Part shown: piece after piece, positions 1-13,815 of the stretch | How the letters are laid out: the number at the start of each line of letters is the position of its first letter | How positions within the stretch are numbered: the first letter of the stretch is position 1 | DNA from: Lama guanicoe | Taxonomy: Eukaryota | DNA length: 64,000 bases | Direction of reading: 5' to 3' | Assembly: GCA_013239625.1 (NCBI GenBank) | Contig: MU054037.1 | Span: forward strand, 498,001 to 562,000 | Made by a program: the position numbers and the translations under genes | The notes under the pieces: model-generated | Told to the model about the DNA's origin: nothing | What the model saw: only the letters and a program-made list of their open reading frames with translations | Databases searched by the model: none

Positions 1-394
1 GGCAGTAACTGGGCAGTTGAGTCAGAGGCTACGTTTAATTTTCTTTGTTGTTCCCCACTGTTTCCCAGATGAAGTACAGGCTTGTTAGAAAATAACAGAG
101 CTCTTACTGCCTGGTCTATGTTGACATCTCCAGGCTCATTCCCTTCCTCTCCCTTCACTTCCTGTGTTTTATCCATGCTAGTCCACATGCTGTTCCTGTA
201 AGCTGCATGGTCTTCCCTGCCTCCTATAGTGCCTTTGCACAATTTTAGGCAACACCTCCTCCAGGGAGTCTCCCCTGCTTCCCCCTTTAGTCTCCCATTG
301 TCTGTTTACTTGTTTTTGGTCCAGCATTCGTCAGCTGTTGTACATAACTGTCTGCCCCAGGAGATAACTGCTCTCTGAGTTAGACAGTGCCTGA

Positions 395-590
395 ATCATC
401 TCATATAATCCTCATGACAGCCTTCTGATGTCAGGACTGTTGTCATTCCTGTTTCGTAGATGAGAAGGGGGAGGCACACAGAGGTATAATATCCCTCTCG
501 AGGATACTTAGCTCCCAAGCGCCAGAGACAGGACATGAACCCTGGCCATCTGACTTGAGATGCCACATCTTAATCAGTTAGCTACACTGT
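395..590 (-). mobile_element. MIR SINE remnant
   Basis: MIR core-like text (tttcgtagatgagaagggggaggcacacagagg...gaaccctggccatctgact). Confidence 0.6.
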
Positions 591-1254
591 CTTTCAGTGT
601 GTACTTAAGGAACGTCTGTCTGATGAGTAAATGAATGAGAGAAAGGAGGAGGTAACAGAGGAGGGATAAAATAGATACATGCCCTTATACAGAGGAGGAA
701 AGTAATCTTTCAATTTGTCACAGCCAGCGAGTATGCATCCAGTTCTGTATAACAGCGATATTTCATTACTTAGATGTAAATTGAAGAAAGTGGGAGAGCT
801 ACCTTGTAGTCCTACTCTATGCCATTTAGAAGTGAAATTCTGTGAACCTTATGTGCTCAGGAGCTGAGCAGCAATGCACAGGCTTTGCAGGTGTGTTAGG
901 AACTTGCAGGATGGGGTGGATGTACAGATTGGCCCCTGAGCAAAGTGTCTGCCTGGGGGGGTGGGATGGAGCAAAGGATGAGGGAGATGTGAGTGAATTC
1001 TGCAGAAAATAGCAGATTGTTCATTTATGGAAATTGTGCCTAAACCCATTTATTCTCATGCAGCAGGAGTTGTGTGAGCAAGTTGTATGGTGGCTCGGGA
1101 AGAAAGCTGCAAGAGGGTTTTTGAGGATATCCGTTGAGCTAATGGGCCCGTTTCTTTGGTGAAGAGTATAGGATTTCTTTTTTAAAAATTGAAGCTGACT
1201 CCATTATGAGCTGGTTCTGATGGAATTTGGTGGTCAGGAGGAAATTAGAATAGA

Positions 1255-1440
1255 CAGTGTGGTGTACTGGGTTAAGTGGATGAACTTTGGGGCCCCACAG
1301 CCCACCACTCACCAGCTGTGTAACCGCAGGCAAACTGCTTAACCCTGTCCCTCCATTTCCTCATGTGTGATGATGAAATAGTGTTGGCCACCTGATAGCA
1401 TCGCGAGAGGGTCGGTAAATTAACCCATGCCAGACACTTA
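1255..1440 (+). mobile_element. MIR SINE remnant
   Basis: agctgtgtaaccgcaggcaaactgcttaacc...catttcctcat MIR core. Confidence 0.6.
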
Positions 1441-1774
1441 AACTCATCAGCTGCTGGATATTGTTATGATTATGATGATGTTATGATTATGGTGCGCAGT
1501 AAGGGTTGGAATCCTCTGTTCAGGACTGGAAGTAACTGGAGTTGGAGGCATAGCCAGCCCTTCTCTCCTAAGGTCTTTTCGGTTCTGATTTGGGTATTTT
1601 ATAAGGGGCCCAGGTGAGGCCAGAGCAATGGAGGTGACGTTCCCATGGGTGGAGGGACAGGGGTTACCGACACTCCAGTTCCTTGCGTAGAAGGTCACAG
1701 CAGATGAGTCTTCTCACTTTGGGGTTTCTCTTTGACTCTGACAGTGGGGTTTGGAGCCTTTTGCTTGTGGCATT

Positions 1775-1985
1775 GTGGTAAAGCAGAAAGGGAATGGAAT
1801 TTGGAGTGAGGAGATCTGGTTTCAAGTCCAGGCTCAAGCCTTGAGCTGTGTGAACTTGAGTCAGTCACAGCTTCTCTGTGAGTCTCAGATTCCTCATCTG
1901 TAAAATTAGCTTCTATGTTGGTGGTGAGGTCATTGTTATTATTATCTCAAATAGGACATTGTATGTGAAGGAGCTTTATAAAAGG
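1775..1985 (+). mobile_element. MIR SINE remnant
   Basis: ctggtttcaagtccaggctc...gtctcagattcctcatctgtaaaat. Confidence 0.65.
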
Positions 1986-2539
1986 CAAGTCCCATACTTC
2001 TTTTAAATCCATTTTTTCCCCAGAAATAGATGGCTCATAAAAGAATGTGGACTTAGTCTGTTTATGTGCCATTCCACCTGAATCCTATCTGATGATGTTA
2101 TCTTGTAACTTTTTGAGATTTCCTTTGGCTTCCCATGAGTTTGACTTAAAAAAAAAATCAGACCGAAAGATAGGATGGCTAGGCCTTGATTACTCAGACT
2201 TAGGGCTCTTAAGACTGGTTCTAGCTTGTCCAGGACCTGTCCGGATGTACTTAGCAGAAATGCCTCACCTACAAGACAGTTTGAACCAAACGCTGAGAAT
2301 TCCAAAGTTCTTAGCAACTGAGCATATGAACGTAAGAAGAATTTCTATTTTCATGTTCTCAAGCTTTTTACCACCCGCCAAATTTCATCATTTTAGTTTG
2401 TGAGTGGTCACATTCCAGAAAAGCAGTGTTGGGGAAAATGGTTATTTGATTCTTTTTGAAATAGTCTTTTTTTTTTTAATGGATAAACTAGGGCAGCGTA
2501 ATTACATATTTAACAACGCTGGATATTTTGGATTCAGTT

Positions 2540-2990
2540 ATTCATTGGACACATTTATTGAGCACCTACTACATGCCAGTCACTGTGCCAGGCACTGGGG
2601 ATACCCCAGCACCACAAGCAGACAAAATCTTGCCCTCACACACCTTACCATTTAGTAGGCTCTCAAACATTACATAAAGAAATCCACAAAATAGATATGC
2701 AAACCTAATGTGACAAGTGCCTTGAAGAAGAAGAGAGTGTATGAAAGGGTGACAGGGGATCCAGCTTAGACTGGATGTCAGGGAAGCCTCTGTGGGAAGG
2801 GTCACTTAAGCTGAGAGGTTAGTCAGGTAGTAGCTGCAGCAGGTGCTAAGGCCCTGAGGCAGGAAAGAAGTAAGGAAGCCCCTGTAGCTAGAGCTTGGTG
2901 GAGGAATGGCCCAGTGAGGGCGAGGAGGGAGGCATAGTCCTTAGGGGCCTCACTAATGATTTGGGATTTTATCCAAGGGGACTTCTAACA
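2540..2990 (-). mobile_element. L2 LINE 3' remnant
   Basis: catttattgagcacctactacatgccagtcactgtgccaggcactgggg, typical L2 3' end. Confidence 0.6.
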
Positions 2991-4457
2991 CCAAAAGAGT
3001 TGATCATGATGAATGACTTCCATCAGGCTGCTCTCCCTGGAGACAGAGTTCACCAACCCAAAACTATAGCTAATCCCAAATAAAGTGATACTTAGGGCCA
3101 TTTTGGAAACAAGGGGGTCTGTGTTGTTCTTTAGAAAAAAAATGAAATATACATGTAGTCACACCAGCTCAGTCTTCTCAGGAAGACAGGCAGGAGACGA
3201 GAGGAATTTGTTTTTACTGCACGTACTGAGTGACTCAGAGCTAACTCCCTGAAGTCAACTGAAAGAAGGGAGGCCTGCGCTCGCCTGTATAAAATGCCTT
3301 TTCCCAGGGGCTGTGTGAGAAGGAGATCTGAACCTTGGATTGGGGGCTTTCATTTTCTAAAGGCCAGATCTCTGGTAAACAGATGATGGGAAAGCCAGAA
3401 AGGAAGGTTAGAAGGTCAGGATCTCTGCACGGGTTTCCACATCCTGCTACATTCCAGGGGTGTTTTTCCTGGTAAAGTCATAATGTGTCCGCACCGGAAG
3501 GGACCTCAAGTTATCCACCCCTAATTTTGTGGGGTTGGGGCGCCGGTGGGGGGATGGACCGTGACAGCAGCATCCCACCAGCCACTTTAGAAGGGTCTTC
3601 AGTTTGGCAAGAGCTGATTGGAGACTGGCTCCTGAAAACTGTGTCAGATATGGAGGCTTAGAGCAAAAGCCTTGTGTTCTGGTCTTGAAAGGCCTCTTGC
3701 CTGTGGTTCAGCCTTATGGAGACACCCAGGTGTTTACAAGATCTTCCTCCCTGGGCTGCCAGGAGTCAAGGGCCTTCTCCAAGGCGAGGCCAGAACCCTG
3801 TGGGGCCTGGGAGTCTGGGTATGTTACCACCACTCTGCTCTGGGGCGGCTTGGACTTCCCATCAAGGAAGGTCTTTTAATGTCAAAGTCGCGGGACTAAC
3901 TCTGGAATGATTTTTATTTTTAGTGTACCTTGGTTTAGAAAACACCTAACAGTAAAAATAACTCTGACGTTAGTACTACTTCAAAATGAGTTTATATATT
4001 CACTTGAAAAATAGTTGTGCGTCTCTGTGTGAGGCAAGATACTTATTCAGGTCACGTGCAGTGCTCAGTAGGCAGATGGATTTGACAACCCACTGCAGTC
4101 ACTGGTTGGCTTCCCCCAAGCATTGGTGGCCCATAAGTTGGGAACCATGGTTTAGAAGCTTTGGCCTGTAGAAAATCAGCCACCCAGAGGGCCCGACCCT
4201 AATAGTCAGCTTCCTGTCTGAGAGCATATGAACCAGTATAAACCTATACTATCATATTTTAAAATATTCTTTGTTGCTCTTTTCAACCATAAAAGTAATT
4301 CACCGTAAAAACCAAAAACATTGCAGAAATGTGAAACTGTGAACAATTTGGTATGCAATGTTCCAACTTTTTTTCTGTGCATAAATAACATTGATTATTA
4401 AGATTTTTAATAGATATAGGATGTCTCTCTGTTTAATAGATATATAATATTCTCTAA

Positions 4458-4481
4458 GTGTGTGTGTGCGTGTGTGTGTGG
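4458..4481. repeat. (TG)n microsatellite
   Basis: gtgtgtgtgtgcgtgtgtgtgtg read directly. Confidence 0.9.
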
Positions 4482-4529
4482 TGTTTAAATGTAATTGGTG
4501 ACTTATTTTAAGGAAGTAATAAGATTCTG

Positions 4530-4810
4530 TGGGAAGAATATTGGATCTGGTTTAGGGTTTGAGTCCTGGCTCTGTATTACACTAGTAGGATGACTAGTAA
4601 TACAGTAGTATACTAGTTGGGTGATCCCAGGTAAGTCACAGCTCTTTCTAAGCCTCAGTCTTCTGGTCTCTAAAATGGGGACCTATGAGGGAACTGATAC
4701 TTGCTGGCCTTTCTCACAGGGTTATTGTAAGGATCTGATGGGATGGTTTGTAGAAAAGGACTCTTTGCAAACCATAATGTGTTACATAACTACACAGGAT
4801 TGTTATTATT
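4530..4810 (+). mobile_element. MIR SINE remnant
   Basis: gggtttgagtcctggctctg...aagtcacagctctttctaagcctcagt...aaaatgggg. Confidence 0.6.
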
Positions 4811-4944
4811 GAAACTTATGATCTCAGCCCTCGTTCCTTTTTAACTACTTTGATCCGCATCAGTGAATACTTTAGCCAGCGGTTACTTACTCAGTGATTT
4901 CCTTGGAGACAAGTAGTAACTAGCTTGCTCTCCTCTTTCCCTAG

Positions 4945-5096
4945 GTTACTCCCGGAAGCAAGGCTGCTATTGCTAATTTATGTATTGGAGACGTGATCAC
5001 AGCCATCGATGGGGAAAATACCAGCCATATGACACACTTGGAAGCTCAGAACAAAATCAAGGGCTGCACAGACAACATGACGCTCACAGTAGCCAG
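4945..5096 (+). CDS. PDLIM1: PDLIM1 (CLP-36/Elfin) exon 2, PDZ domain
   Basis: ctag|GTT...GCCAG|gtgag; 152 bp; translates VTPGSKAAIANLCIGDVITAIDGENTSHMTHLEAQNKIKGCTDNMTLTVAR. Exon 1 is upstream of the window. Confidence 0.97.
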
Positions 5097-6039
5097 GTGA
5101 GGCCCGTGGAAACACTTGGTTCATTTCTGGGTGAGCTGAAGCTGCTCGTGGACAGGGACTGCCTCACCTATTTCCGAACCCCCAACACCCCCAGCTCCGT
5201 GCCACATATGCTGTGGGCAGGCTGAGAGGCCTGTGGAATTAGAATTTCAGGCGGCTCGTTCTCCTCTCTAGTTGCCACAGGGCTTCCCATAGGGTGGGCA
5301 TCTTTCTCTAAGATACCTGCTCTTTCACTTGATCCAACACAACTGACCAGAATTTTGAGGAAAGGAAATCAGTTACATACTGTCAGGTCTAATGAAATGA
5401 AGATTTCTTCCTGGACACCATGAAGAATCTACTTCGGGTGCTGCTTCTGCCACGCCACACAGAGCAGTGGGTGTGGTGACAGGAGGTTACAGTAGCAGAA
5501 AGACTGCGACACCTTGGACAAAGTGCAGAGTCTAAGTTTAAGTTCACTGTGAGGAAGGAGAGCTGGGGCAAGCGTTCTCCACAGGCCAGTGAGTGAGGAG
5601 AACCCACTGGGAGCTGTAACTGGGGCAGAACGCCCATTCCTTTTCCGTTTAGTTTTGTCAAGGGTCCTTCGAGGGCAGGGTTTCAGAAGTGATTTGGTTC
5701 AACCTCTATGGCTCCCTGTTTCCTGTTGGATCAAGTTCACATTCTTCGTTCTGATCTCCTGTTACTGTGTCTTTAATGTCTCATTAACCTTAGCTCTCAT
5801 GGTACTTCATCATGAACCCTTTGCTCTCATCTGCACAGAAGCTTTATTGCTTTCTTCTCTCTTATGCTCCAGGACTGGCAGGAGACCACATATGGGGCAG
5901 GATGTCAGAATATCTTGTACACTTAGAGACCTACCCCCATGGGAGGTGTACCATTTTATTATGTCTTCTCAAAAACACATTTACCTCTTACTCTTGTCTT
6001 CATTTCTATCTTAGTCCAAATCCTCTCCCTCAAGACATC

Positions 6040-6620
6040 CATCCATCTACCCGTTCATTCATTCATAGATTAATTGGTTTTTTGGATCCATTTAACAACA
6101 AATTGAAAAGCTACATCTTACGTCTATCTGGCACTGTGCTAGGCAGTCTGGCAATACAAGGATAAGCACAAACATTCTCTATCTGTAAGACTGAGAAAAT
6201 GCTATACTCATGAAAACGGAGACAAGGCTGAGAGTGTTACTCTGTGACTGGTACAAAGAAATCCTTTCCAAGCTCAGGAAAGGAGGCATCACTTTTATTT
6301 GGTCCAGACATGCTTCATGAGTAAGTTGGTTATCTGGTTTGGGTCAAGAACGCTGGGAAAGATAGAGAAGCTCGGGCCATCCTGGGCAGAGGTGGGGTGG
6401 CATGGGGCATGCTCAGGAGCACAGAGGAGACCAGGGTGGCTGGGGATCAGGGACACAGAGAGGAGTCGGGGAGGATGAGGCTGGGAGAAGTGCCAGCATC
6501 TTGGGAAATCCCTTGGGGCTGAGCACAGGCAGCCATAGACATGACGTCATCAGATTGGTGTTTTGGAAAATCACGCTGGGGGCAAATTGGAGGGGAAGGC
6601 GGGGGGAGGGGGCAGCAGAG
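6040..6620 (-). mobile_element. L2 LINE remnant
   Basis: (CATT)n-like tail then ggcactgtgctaggc...; atcagattggtgttttggaaaatcacgctgg. Confidence 0.5.
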
Positions 6621-6731
6621 TACCAATTCAGAGGCTAGTGGACAAGCAAGAGGAACACTCTCCTACTTCGTTTTTTGTATATATTATTTATTTAGCATGC
6701 ATGAAACAGCAGCTTTGTTGATTTGTTGCAG

Positions 6732-6816
6732 ATCTGAACAGAAAATCTGGTCTCCTCTGGTGACAGAGGAAGGGAAACGTCACCCATACAAGATGAATTT
6801 AGCCTCTGAACCCCAA
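6732..6816 (+). CDS. PDLIM1: PDLIM1 exon 3
   Basis: gcag|A...CAA|gtaagt; 85 bp; [28 protein letters not shown]; phase matches exon 2. Confidence 0.97.
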
Positions 6817-9800
6817 GTAAGTACTTGCTCACCGAGGCCATCGCTCTCACCACCCAGCATCCTTTCCACTTTTGACACAGCTCAGCACCCTCCTGTTTTT
6901 CCTGCCCTGGAGGCCTGGGGATACGAGGGCGGGGAGGGCCCTCCTCTGGAACCTGGCTCTTGTTAACTTCTTCCCGTAAGGGAACTGCAGGAGGAAAGGG
7001 CTGGAAAACCCCAGGGCAGTGACGCCAGGACCTGGTCTGGACACAGCGGTTAGGAAGGGGATATGGGAAGCGGGTGGAAGCCTTCCTGTATAGAGCTGGG
7101 TGGCAGGACCTTGGAGAATAAAGGTGTTGACTCAGCTCATGATGGATTTCAGATGCAAATGAATCGTGCCAGGAATAAGAGAAGTTTGGGCCCTGAGGCC
7201 TGGAGCCTAGAGGAACTCCAGGGAAGTTTAGTAGTAATCCTGTCCCACTGTCTGGTTTCCACGAGCCTTACAGTGGAGATCTCTAGTTTCCTTGCAGTGA
7301 GAACCTAAAATTACTAAAAGTGATCATTCATATAGGAAAATGTGCTAGGGAGTCAGTGCACAATACAAGGGAAAAACGTGAAGAATGTTTAAAACATCTT
7401 TGTGAAATTCCTCACCCTGACATGCTACTTTTCACAAAGTGTGTCTATTGAATAAATTAATTATTAGTGATGCCTTAGTAGGCAAGTTGATAGTGGCTTT
7501 TGAAAACTTTTAGACTGGTTTGTGATTGTTCTACATTTAGGGCCAGTTGAAGATTTGAACTTTTAATTATTTATTTCCTAAATTTTGGACACTTTCATTT
7601 TTATGGTGTACTGAGAAATAATCAAAAGATAACACATAGCTATCTTTTATACATAAAGCAGAAACTTGCATGAAATTGAACTCACAAACTCACTGGGTAC
7701 TTCAGTGTGAGTAAATTGAGTGTGTGTAAGTGATAGTTTCTCAAATGGCTTCTGCTAAAATGTCAGAAATGCAGTCACACAAAATTTTTCCCATTAATAT
7801 AATAAAAATCATACTTAAGAATCCTAAGAGCCACTTTAAGGATCATTTTGTATCTGCCATTTCAAAACTGATATGACCGTACTATTCTGTACAGCTCCTC
7901 TAAGGAAAGTTCGTAAGAGGCATTCAGTCTATAAATTGGCACTTGTACGAACTAATACATAACATGCCACCGTCAATTCCAGTTTCCCGGGGATCTAGCT
8001 CTCAGCCACTTCGTTAGATTTACATTGAATGTGAGCTTTTAATGTGTTAAGTTCTCATGTGTTTTATAATACATAAGGAATGACTTTGTTTTAATTTGGT
8101 TTATCTAAAATCCTAATTTCACTTCAATAAGGCAAGACTTAAATTCTAGTTATAGTTTTTATGTGCATTATACTTGAATTCTCATCTTAAACATATAATC
8201 TGGATACCTATATTAATAGTTCGAAGGTGGTTTCCTTCAGATTAAAAAAAATTTTCCAACACTTTAACATCTAATTTGAGTGTGTTTTCCTTTTGATTCT
8301 AGTAATTCTTTGTTCGTATGAAAAACTTTCCACCTCTCATTTTTCCAGTCTTCCACTTCCAGTCATTCTGAAATAGACTGAGTAACAGCAGAGTTCATCT
8401 ATAATTAAAGGATCTGTTCCTTCATGTAATGCCAGCCAACACCCCAGCTTATCTGAGGTCATTGTAGTTACACACCTAGTTTATATTTCCTCATTATTGA
8501 GTTTCCTTGGAGACTGATAAATACAAAGCCCAAACAATTACATCATCCCTTCCAGAAGGCCGGCCCTGAATTAACCGCCTGACTTCTGGAAAGACCAGTA
8601 TTCACATGGGATAAAGAGATAACTCCTTTTATGTACAAAAGAGATATATTCTTGGGAGGTTCTCTAGAAAGTGAAAATCAGAATTTCCAACCGGCATTTT
8701 CTACTAAGTTCCATTCTTACTGAAAATGTGTTTCTGCGGAGGAAGGAGGGAATGACATTATACTGGGGGCTCAGAGAGAGATATAACTTGCCCAAAGCTG
8801 AACAAGAAGCAACAGGGATAAAACGGAGCCAAGACAGAAACATGAGGGCCCTTCCCTGGTGCTCAGCATCCTGTGCTGCTCCTAGGAGTTGCTGTAGGGA
8901 AGGAGAGAGGAGGGGAGGACCGGGATCCGGGCTGCCACCGTGTGTCTAACCCACTGTGCTGCCGTGTAGCTGCTGACGTGGCCTGAGGCCAGGCCACCCG
9001 TCTGGAAGCCTGTTGCCATTAGTGACCTGTTACTATGCCTTGGGATAGTTGTGCTGTAAAACTTACTTAACCATTCTTTGAAATCTGCTAAAGTTATTTG
9101 CTTAGCTAATTATACTTCCTCTTTTGTGAATAATCTGTACATGCTTAGTTTTGTCCAAAGTGGATAAAGTCAACTCAGTGTAATTTATACTGTAAAACTG
9201 CACCGATTGTGACGTGTGGAAGAGCCTATCTGAACAGTGAAAAAGAAACCTTCATCATCAACCTATCCTCATGTTGTCCTGTTTTAGGAAAGTCAGCCAG
9301 TACGCAGTGAGTGAAGCTGGTGCTTTTCATCATCACGTTTTCTAAGAAAACATGAAAGACTTGAAGGTTTTAGTGAAGAAAGAAAAAAGAGGAAGAGCAA
9401 CAGAGGGCAGGAACTCTTTGAGGGCAGTTGTTCTGGGCCTGGGTGTTAAGAAAGAGGCCAGGGTTCAGGAAGATTTCTGGAGAACCCAGAAAATAGGACG
9501 TGCATCGAGTTTAATAGGCTGACAGGAGCACGGTCTCACCCAGGAGCCAGGGGTTGAGCAGAACACCCCTTAATAACTGAGTCATCAGAAAAGCCATGAT
9601 TTTTTTTTTAAGGGAGATTAGTTTAAGAAGTTTTTCAGGGTGTTTGTAAAGAAGCTCCAAGGTGTTGTAGCTGTAGTAATTATCCTGGCATTCCATGGGG
9701 GTGGAGGGCATGCTCTCAAATTACAGAAAGAGGGGACTGAACACAGGAGGAACTAACTCAGAGCCCTTTCCTGCAGCTCCCCTGGGCACCGCCCTGAAAC

Positions 9801-10426
9801 AGGTATCTCCATCCCTCCTTCCCTCCCGCCTTCTATCTGGCCTTGGCCTTCTCCGCTGGTAATGCCCCTAAAGCCCCCTTCTGTCAGAGCCCCGCAGCCT
9901 CTCTGCCTAGTCAGCAGCTGCTTCACCGATGACACCACATCCCTCTTATCTTGCTTGTCTAAACTGCTCTGCTCTGGGGAGTTTATCTTCACCTTTTATC
10001 GTCTCCTACTCTGCACTGGCTGAAGTGTGATGCCGATTCCTCTCTTCCTGGTACTTAATTCCTCTGGAATGTGCCTTGAAAGGGTGTTTTCAGCTCCACC
10101 TTGGATCCTGACAGCCCAGAGCATCAAGGGGTGTCCTGCCTGGGGCTACCCAGCAGGAGATCAGGCTTTGCTAGGCTTCCGGGGAAAATCAGGAGGTAGA
10201 GCTGGCAGGAGAACCTGCACACCTGCATTCGTGCCTGGCTCGCGTGACATCTCCAGGCTTGCCCTGTGTGTGATGGGTTTGTCAGAGCCCCTCTGCTAGA
10301 GATTGGCGTTGAGCCAGGGCCGATGTAGCTCATTGGAACACCCCTCTCTGGGAGTCAGCCTGCACCGTCCATTGAGGGGTGCCTTTTGGACGCCCCCTTG
10401 ATTTCTCTTCTGTACTCTGCCTGCAG

Positions 10427-10626
10427 GAGGTCCTACACATAGGAAGCGCCCACAACCGGAGTGCCATGCCCTTTACCGCCTCGCCTGCCTCCAGCTCTGC
10501 CCCCAGGGTCATCACAAACCAGTACAACAACCCAGCTGGCCTCTATTCCTCTGAAAACATCTCCAACTTCAACAACGCCTTGGAGTCAAAGACGGCAGCC
10601 AGCGGGCAGGAGCCGAATGGCAGAGC
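10427..10626 (+). CDS. PDLIM1: PDLIM1 exon 4, contains the ZASP-like (ZM) motif
   Basis: gcag|GAG...AGAGC|gtgagt; 200 bp; EVLHIGSAHNRSAMPF...VITNQYNNPAGLYSSENISNFNNALESK. Confidence 0.97.
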
Positions 10627-13589
10627 GTGAGTAGGCCCCTGTGTTCTCCTCCAGGCCAGTCCTGGAAGAGGCATTTCACACCAGGGCCTCCCTCATCAGG
10701 CAGCAGGGAGGAGGTTCAGCCACTAGCCCAGGGAGAAGAGTGTCTACTCTTTCTGCATTCATTTTCCTCACCTCTAAAAGCAGGGCGGTACCGCCCGCCT
10801 TGTAGGGTTGCTGTGAAATTAGAAGTAATTTGCAAAATGCCCAGTACTGTGTCTGACACACCAGTTCACGGAGACCTGTGTTACTGTCGTCCTGATTTCT
10901 GTGGTCATCGTCTTCCTCTAAGTGACCCGTCTTCCTTCCTTGATAGCCCTGATGCTTCCTGAGAAATCCAGTTTTTATGGTTGGAGGTTTCTGCTTGTGT
11001 TCACCATCTGATCTGAGCAAGGGATCAGTACCTCATGAAACAGTTTTTGGTGAAGCAGTGTTTATTGTTTTCCCCTAGAGTGGCCCAGTGGAAATAACAG
11101 AAACAAGAGACGTCCATGAGGATAGAAATGTGTCTTTGGAACAGGTTCAGATCTGGGCAGGGGCAGAGGTGGGGCTGCAGGCAGACGGGGTGGAGAGGTC
11201 TAGGGCCGCATCTTGCTCAGGACTGGGGAGGCCTGTCCCCTTTGGCTGTAGCTGCCTCTAAGTCTTGATTCAAAGTATCCTCTGTATCTTCCCAGCAGAG
11301 GGGCCCTGGAGTTGACTCCATACCAAACTCTGAAGATGAATCTAGAAACACTGAGAACACTGCAGCCCCTCACAAAGAACTGGGTTTGAGGATGGAGAGT
11401 AAGAGATGGGACCAGTTCTCTGGGGGTGAAAAGGTGACGAACGAGGTTACGAGTGGCGATCTTATATGCCCAAAGGTGGCAGGGAAGATAAGGACTCAGA
11501 GGCAGGGCTCTGAGTGCAAACAGCAGGGAGCAGAGTGGCCTGTGGCAGCTAGACCATGCATTACCCGTCCAGAGGGGCAGCCTCTCCTTGGCTCCAGCTG
11601 GATGCCACATGCAGGCCTAGCATTCCCATTTCTTTCTTTCCTTTTGCAAGTGTTTGGGAATTTTTTCATATGCCTTTTTTTTTAAATGATTCTCATTTTA
11701 AATGATTAATCTCATTGAAACAGAAGTCAGAAAGCCTCTCTTATGTGAAATCTGATTTTTAAATGTTAGTGACAGTCGAATTTGTTGGCAAAAACCATGT
11801 GATCCAAACTTGTCTGATCTCAGAGGATCTCTCCTACGTGGAGTCCTCAGTTCTTGTATTCACTCTGAAGCCCATTTTGCTATTCAATTTCTCTCCAATT
11901 CACCTTTGACCAGAATCTGTCCAGCTCTTAGGGTGATTAAATGGCAAAGCCATTGCTCCAGATGCAGGTTAGGACAGGTTAAGGCACGAGAGGTTCCAAA
12001 CTGCTTAAATGTTTGGAAAGAGCTGTTATGGGGACCCTCTCAAAGGCTCCTTGGCCTTAGTGTGCATATAGTCCTTTTTCCCCGAAGAAGAGACACAAAT
12101 GTTATTAGGCACCTGCACCCACTGCATGCAGGGCCCTGTACCCAGCACCGGGAGGGCCCTGTGATTTCCTTTTAAGCTTCTTGGCCTAGGCCTAGTAGGG
12201 GAGACTTTTTACCGTGTGACTTTGGCTTTACAAGATGTTAGTGGTCATTGGCATTTATTGTGGTAACCAGGGCAGAGTGATTACTAATGATTCTTCCTCC
12301 AGTTCTGATGATGCTGCCCTTCAAGGTGACTGTGGGGGCCTTTGGGACACCTGAGAAAGAGTGCCATATTTGGCCCCCTGAGCTTTCCATGGACGCACCC
12401 TGAAGGGACGCTTTCTCTCAAGCAGCTCAGTGGAGAGTCAAGTGGTGGAAACATGGAGGACCGTGATCCCTGTTCTCTGGTGCTTTGGTGCTGGGGGAGG
12501 CTGAGAACATGACCCTCTTTTACTGTCCCAGCATGGAATGTTCCATGATCTGGATTTAATAACCCAGGAAATGACACATCCTTAATTGAAAGAGCTGCTA
12601 CGCATTGTGAGAAATATGTGTCTGGGAAGTATTCTTGGTATGGCCTCGGCTGTTACGCCTTCATTAATGTCTTCTTTCTTCTCTCATGCTCCCCGCCTGC
12701 TCCCCATCCTCCGATCCAACACAATTAAATCTGAACTGTCTGGACACTGTGCAAGCCTTTCCTCCAGCCCCTGTCCCCTCCTGTCACAGACTTTTTGGCT
12801 ACAGCGGCCTCTGAGTCTTTATCCAAAGTCTCCTTCCAGATTCTCTCAGCAGAGGGGGCCCGGCTTCTGTTCCACCCGCAAGTCTCTGCAGATGAACCCA
12901 GAAACAGTGGGAATACCAGCAGCCCATGGCAGAAGAAGGGCTGTGGTCCTTGCGCCTGGGTCTCTGCCTGCTGGTCTGGTCCTAGAGAGGCCACTTGTGC
13001 ACATCAGCAAAGGAAATTTCTCGTGCAAGCCCAGCAGCCACCAGGTCACGTCGCTTGCTCCGTCAGCACAAGTCCCAAGCGCTCACCCCCAACTGTTTAG
13101 TCTGTGAAATTCGCTGAGGTTCCAGCACTTCCTACTGCTCACTTCATACTTTGCATCTGAGGTCACCACTGATTCCCGGGGGCTCGCTCTGAGCTTCTTT
13201 GTCCCCTGCGCTTCAGAGCAGCCTGGTATGTGTGTGGCTGTCTGTCTGATAGGACTTTCTAGGGCCCCAGCCCCATCAGACAAGAACACAGACAGCATTG
13301 CCATTTCCACATGAAATTGGGAAGGCAGGTGAGAGGGTGTGAGAGGGTGCCCAACCTCCCAGCACACACTGTTGAGTGGGAGAGCCTCTGAGTCAGGTCA
13401 GCTTGATAGTCATTTATTGAGTGCCTACTGTGTACCACGTGGGTGGCGGAAGTGTTGCTCTGTTCAGGAGAAGGCTATCACCTGCCCTCTGACCTCTTTC
13501 CACTGAGTCAAGGGGCTCTGATCATTTTCTGGTGATTTAGGGCCTGGATTTCTTTATATATGTGATACTACTGGATACTTTCCTAAAGG

Positions 13590-13815
13590 TGCAGGCTTGG
13601 TAGATGGAGGGGCCTGAGCTTGAATTCCAGCTGTACCTCTTGCTAGCTGTGTGACCTTGGGCAAACCACATAACTTCTGAAACTCTATCTCTTCACCTAT
13701 GAAGCCGATGATACAAACTATTTGACCACTGTTATCGAGAAATTTCAGTAAGATGTGCAAAGTACCCAGTGTGGTGCCTGGCCCCTGGCAGGTGCTCAGT
13801 AAATGCTAGTTATTA
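13590..13815 (+). mobile_element. MIR SINE
   Basis: agctgtgtgaccttgggcaa...gtgcctggcccctggcaggtgctcagtaaatgctagttatt. Confidence 0.7.

Noticed and set aside
4580..4620. Cluster of ACTAGT palindromes
   Set aside because: Small slippage expansion inside a MIR remnant.
6585..6615. G-run cluster upstream of PDLIM1 exon 3 as a functional G-quadruplex
   Set aside because: Lies in a decayed L2 and such runs are common; no evidence of function.
12586..13107. 173-aa ORF in PDLIM1 intron 4
   Set aside because: Non-ATG start, low-complexity Ser/Pro/Leu composition, no recognisable domain or splice context.
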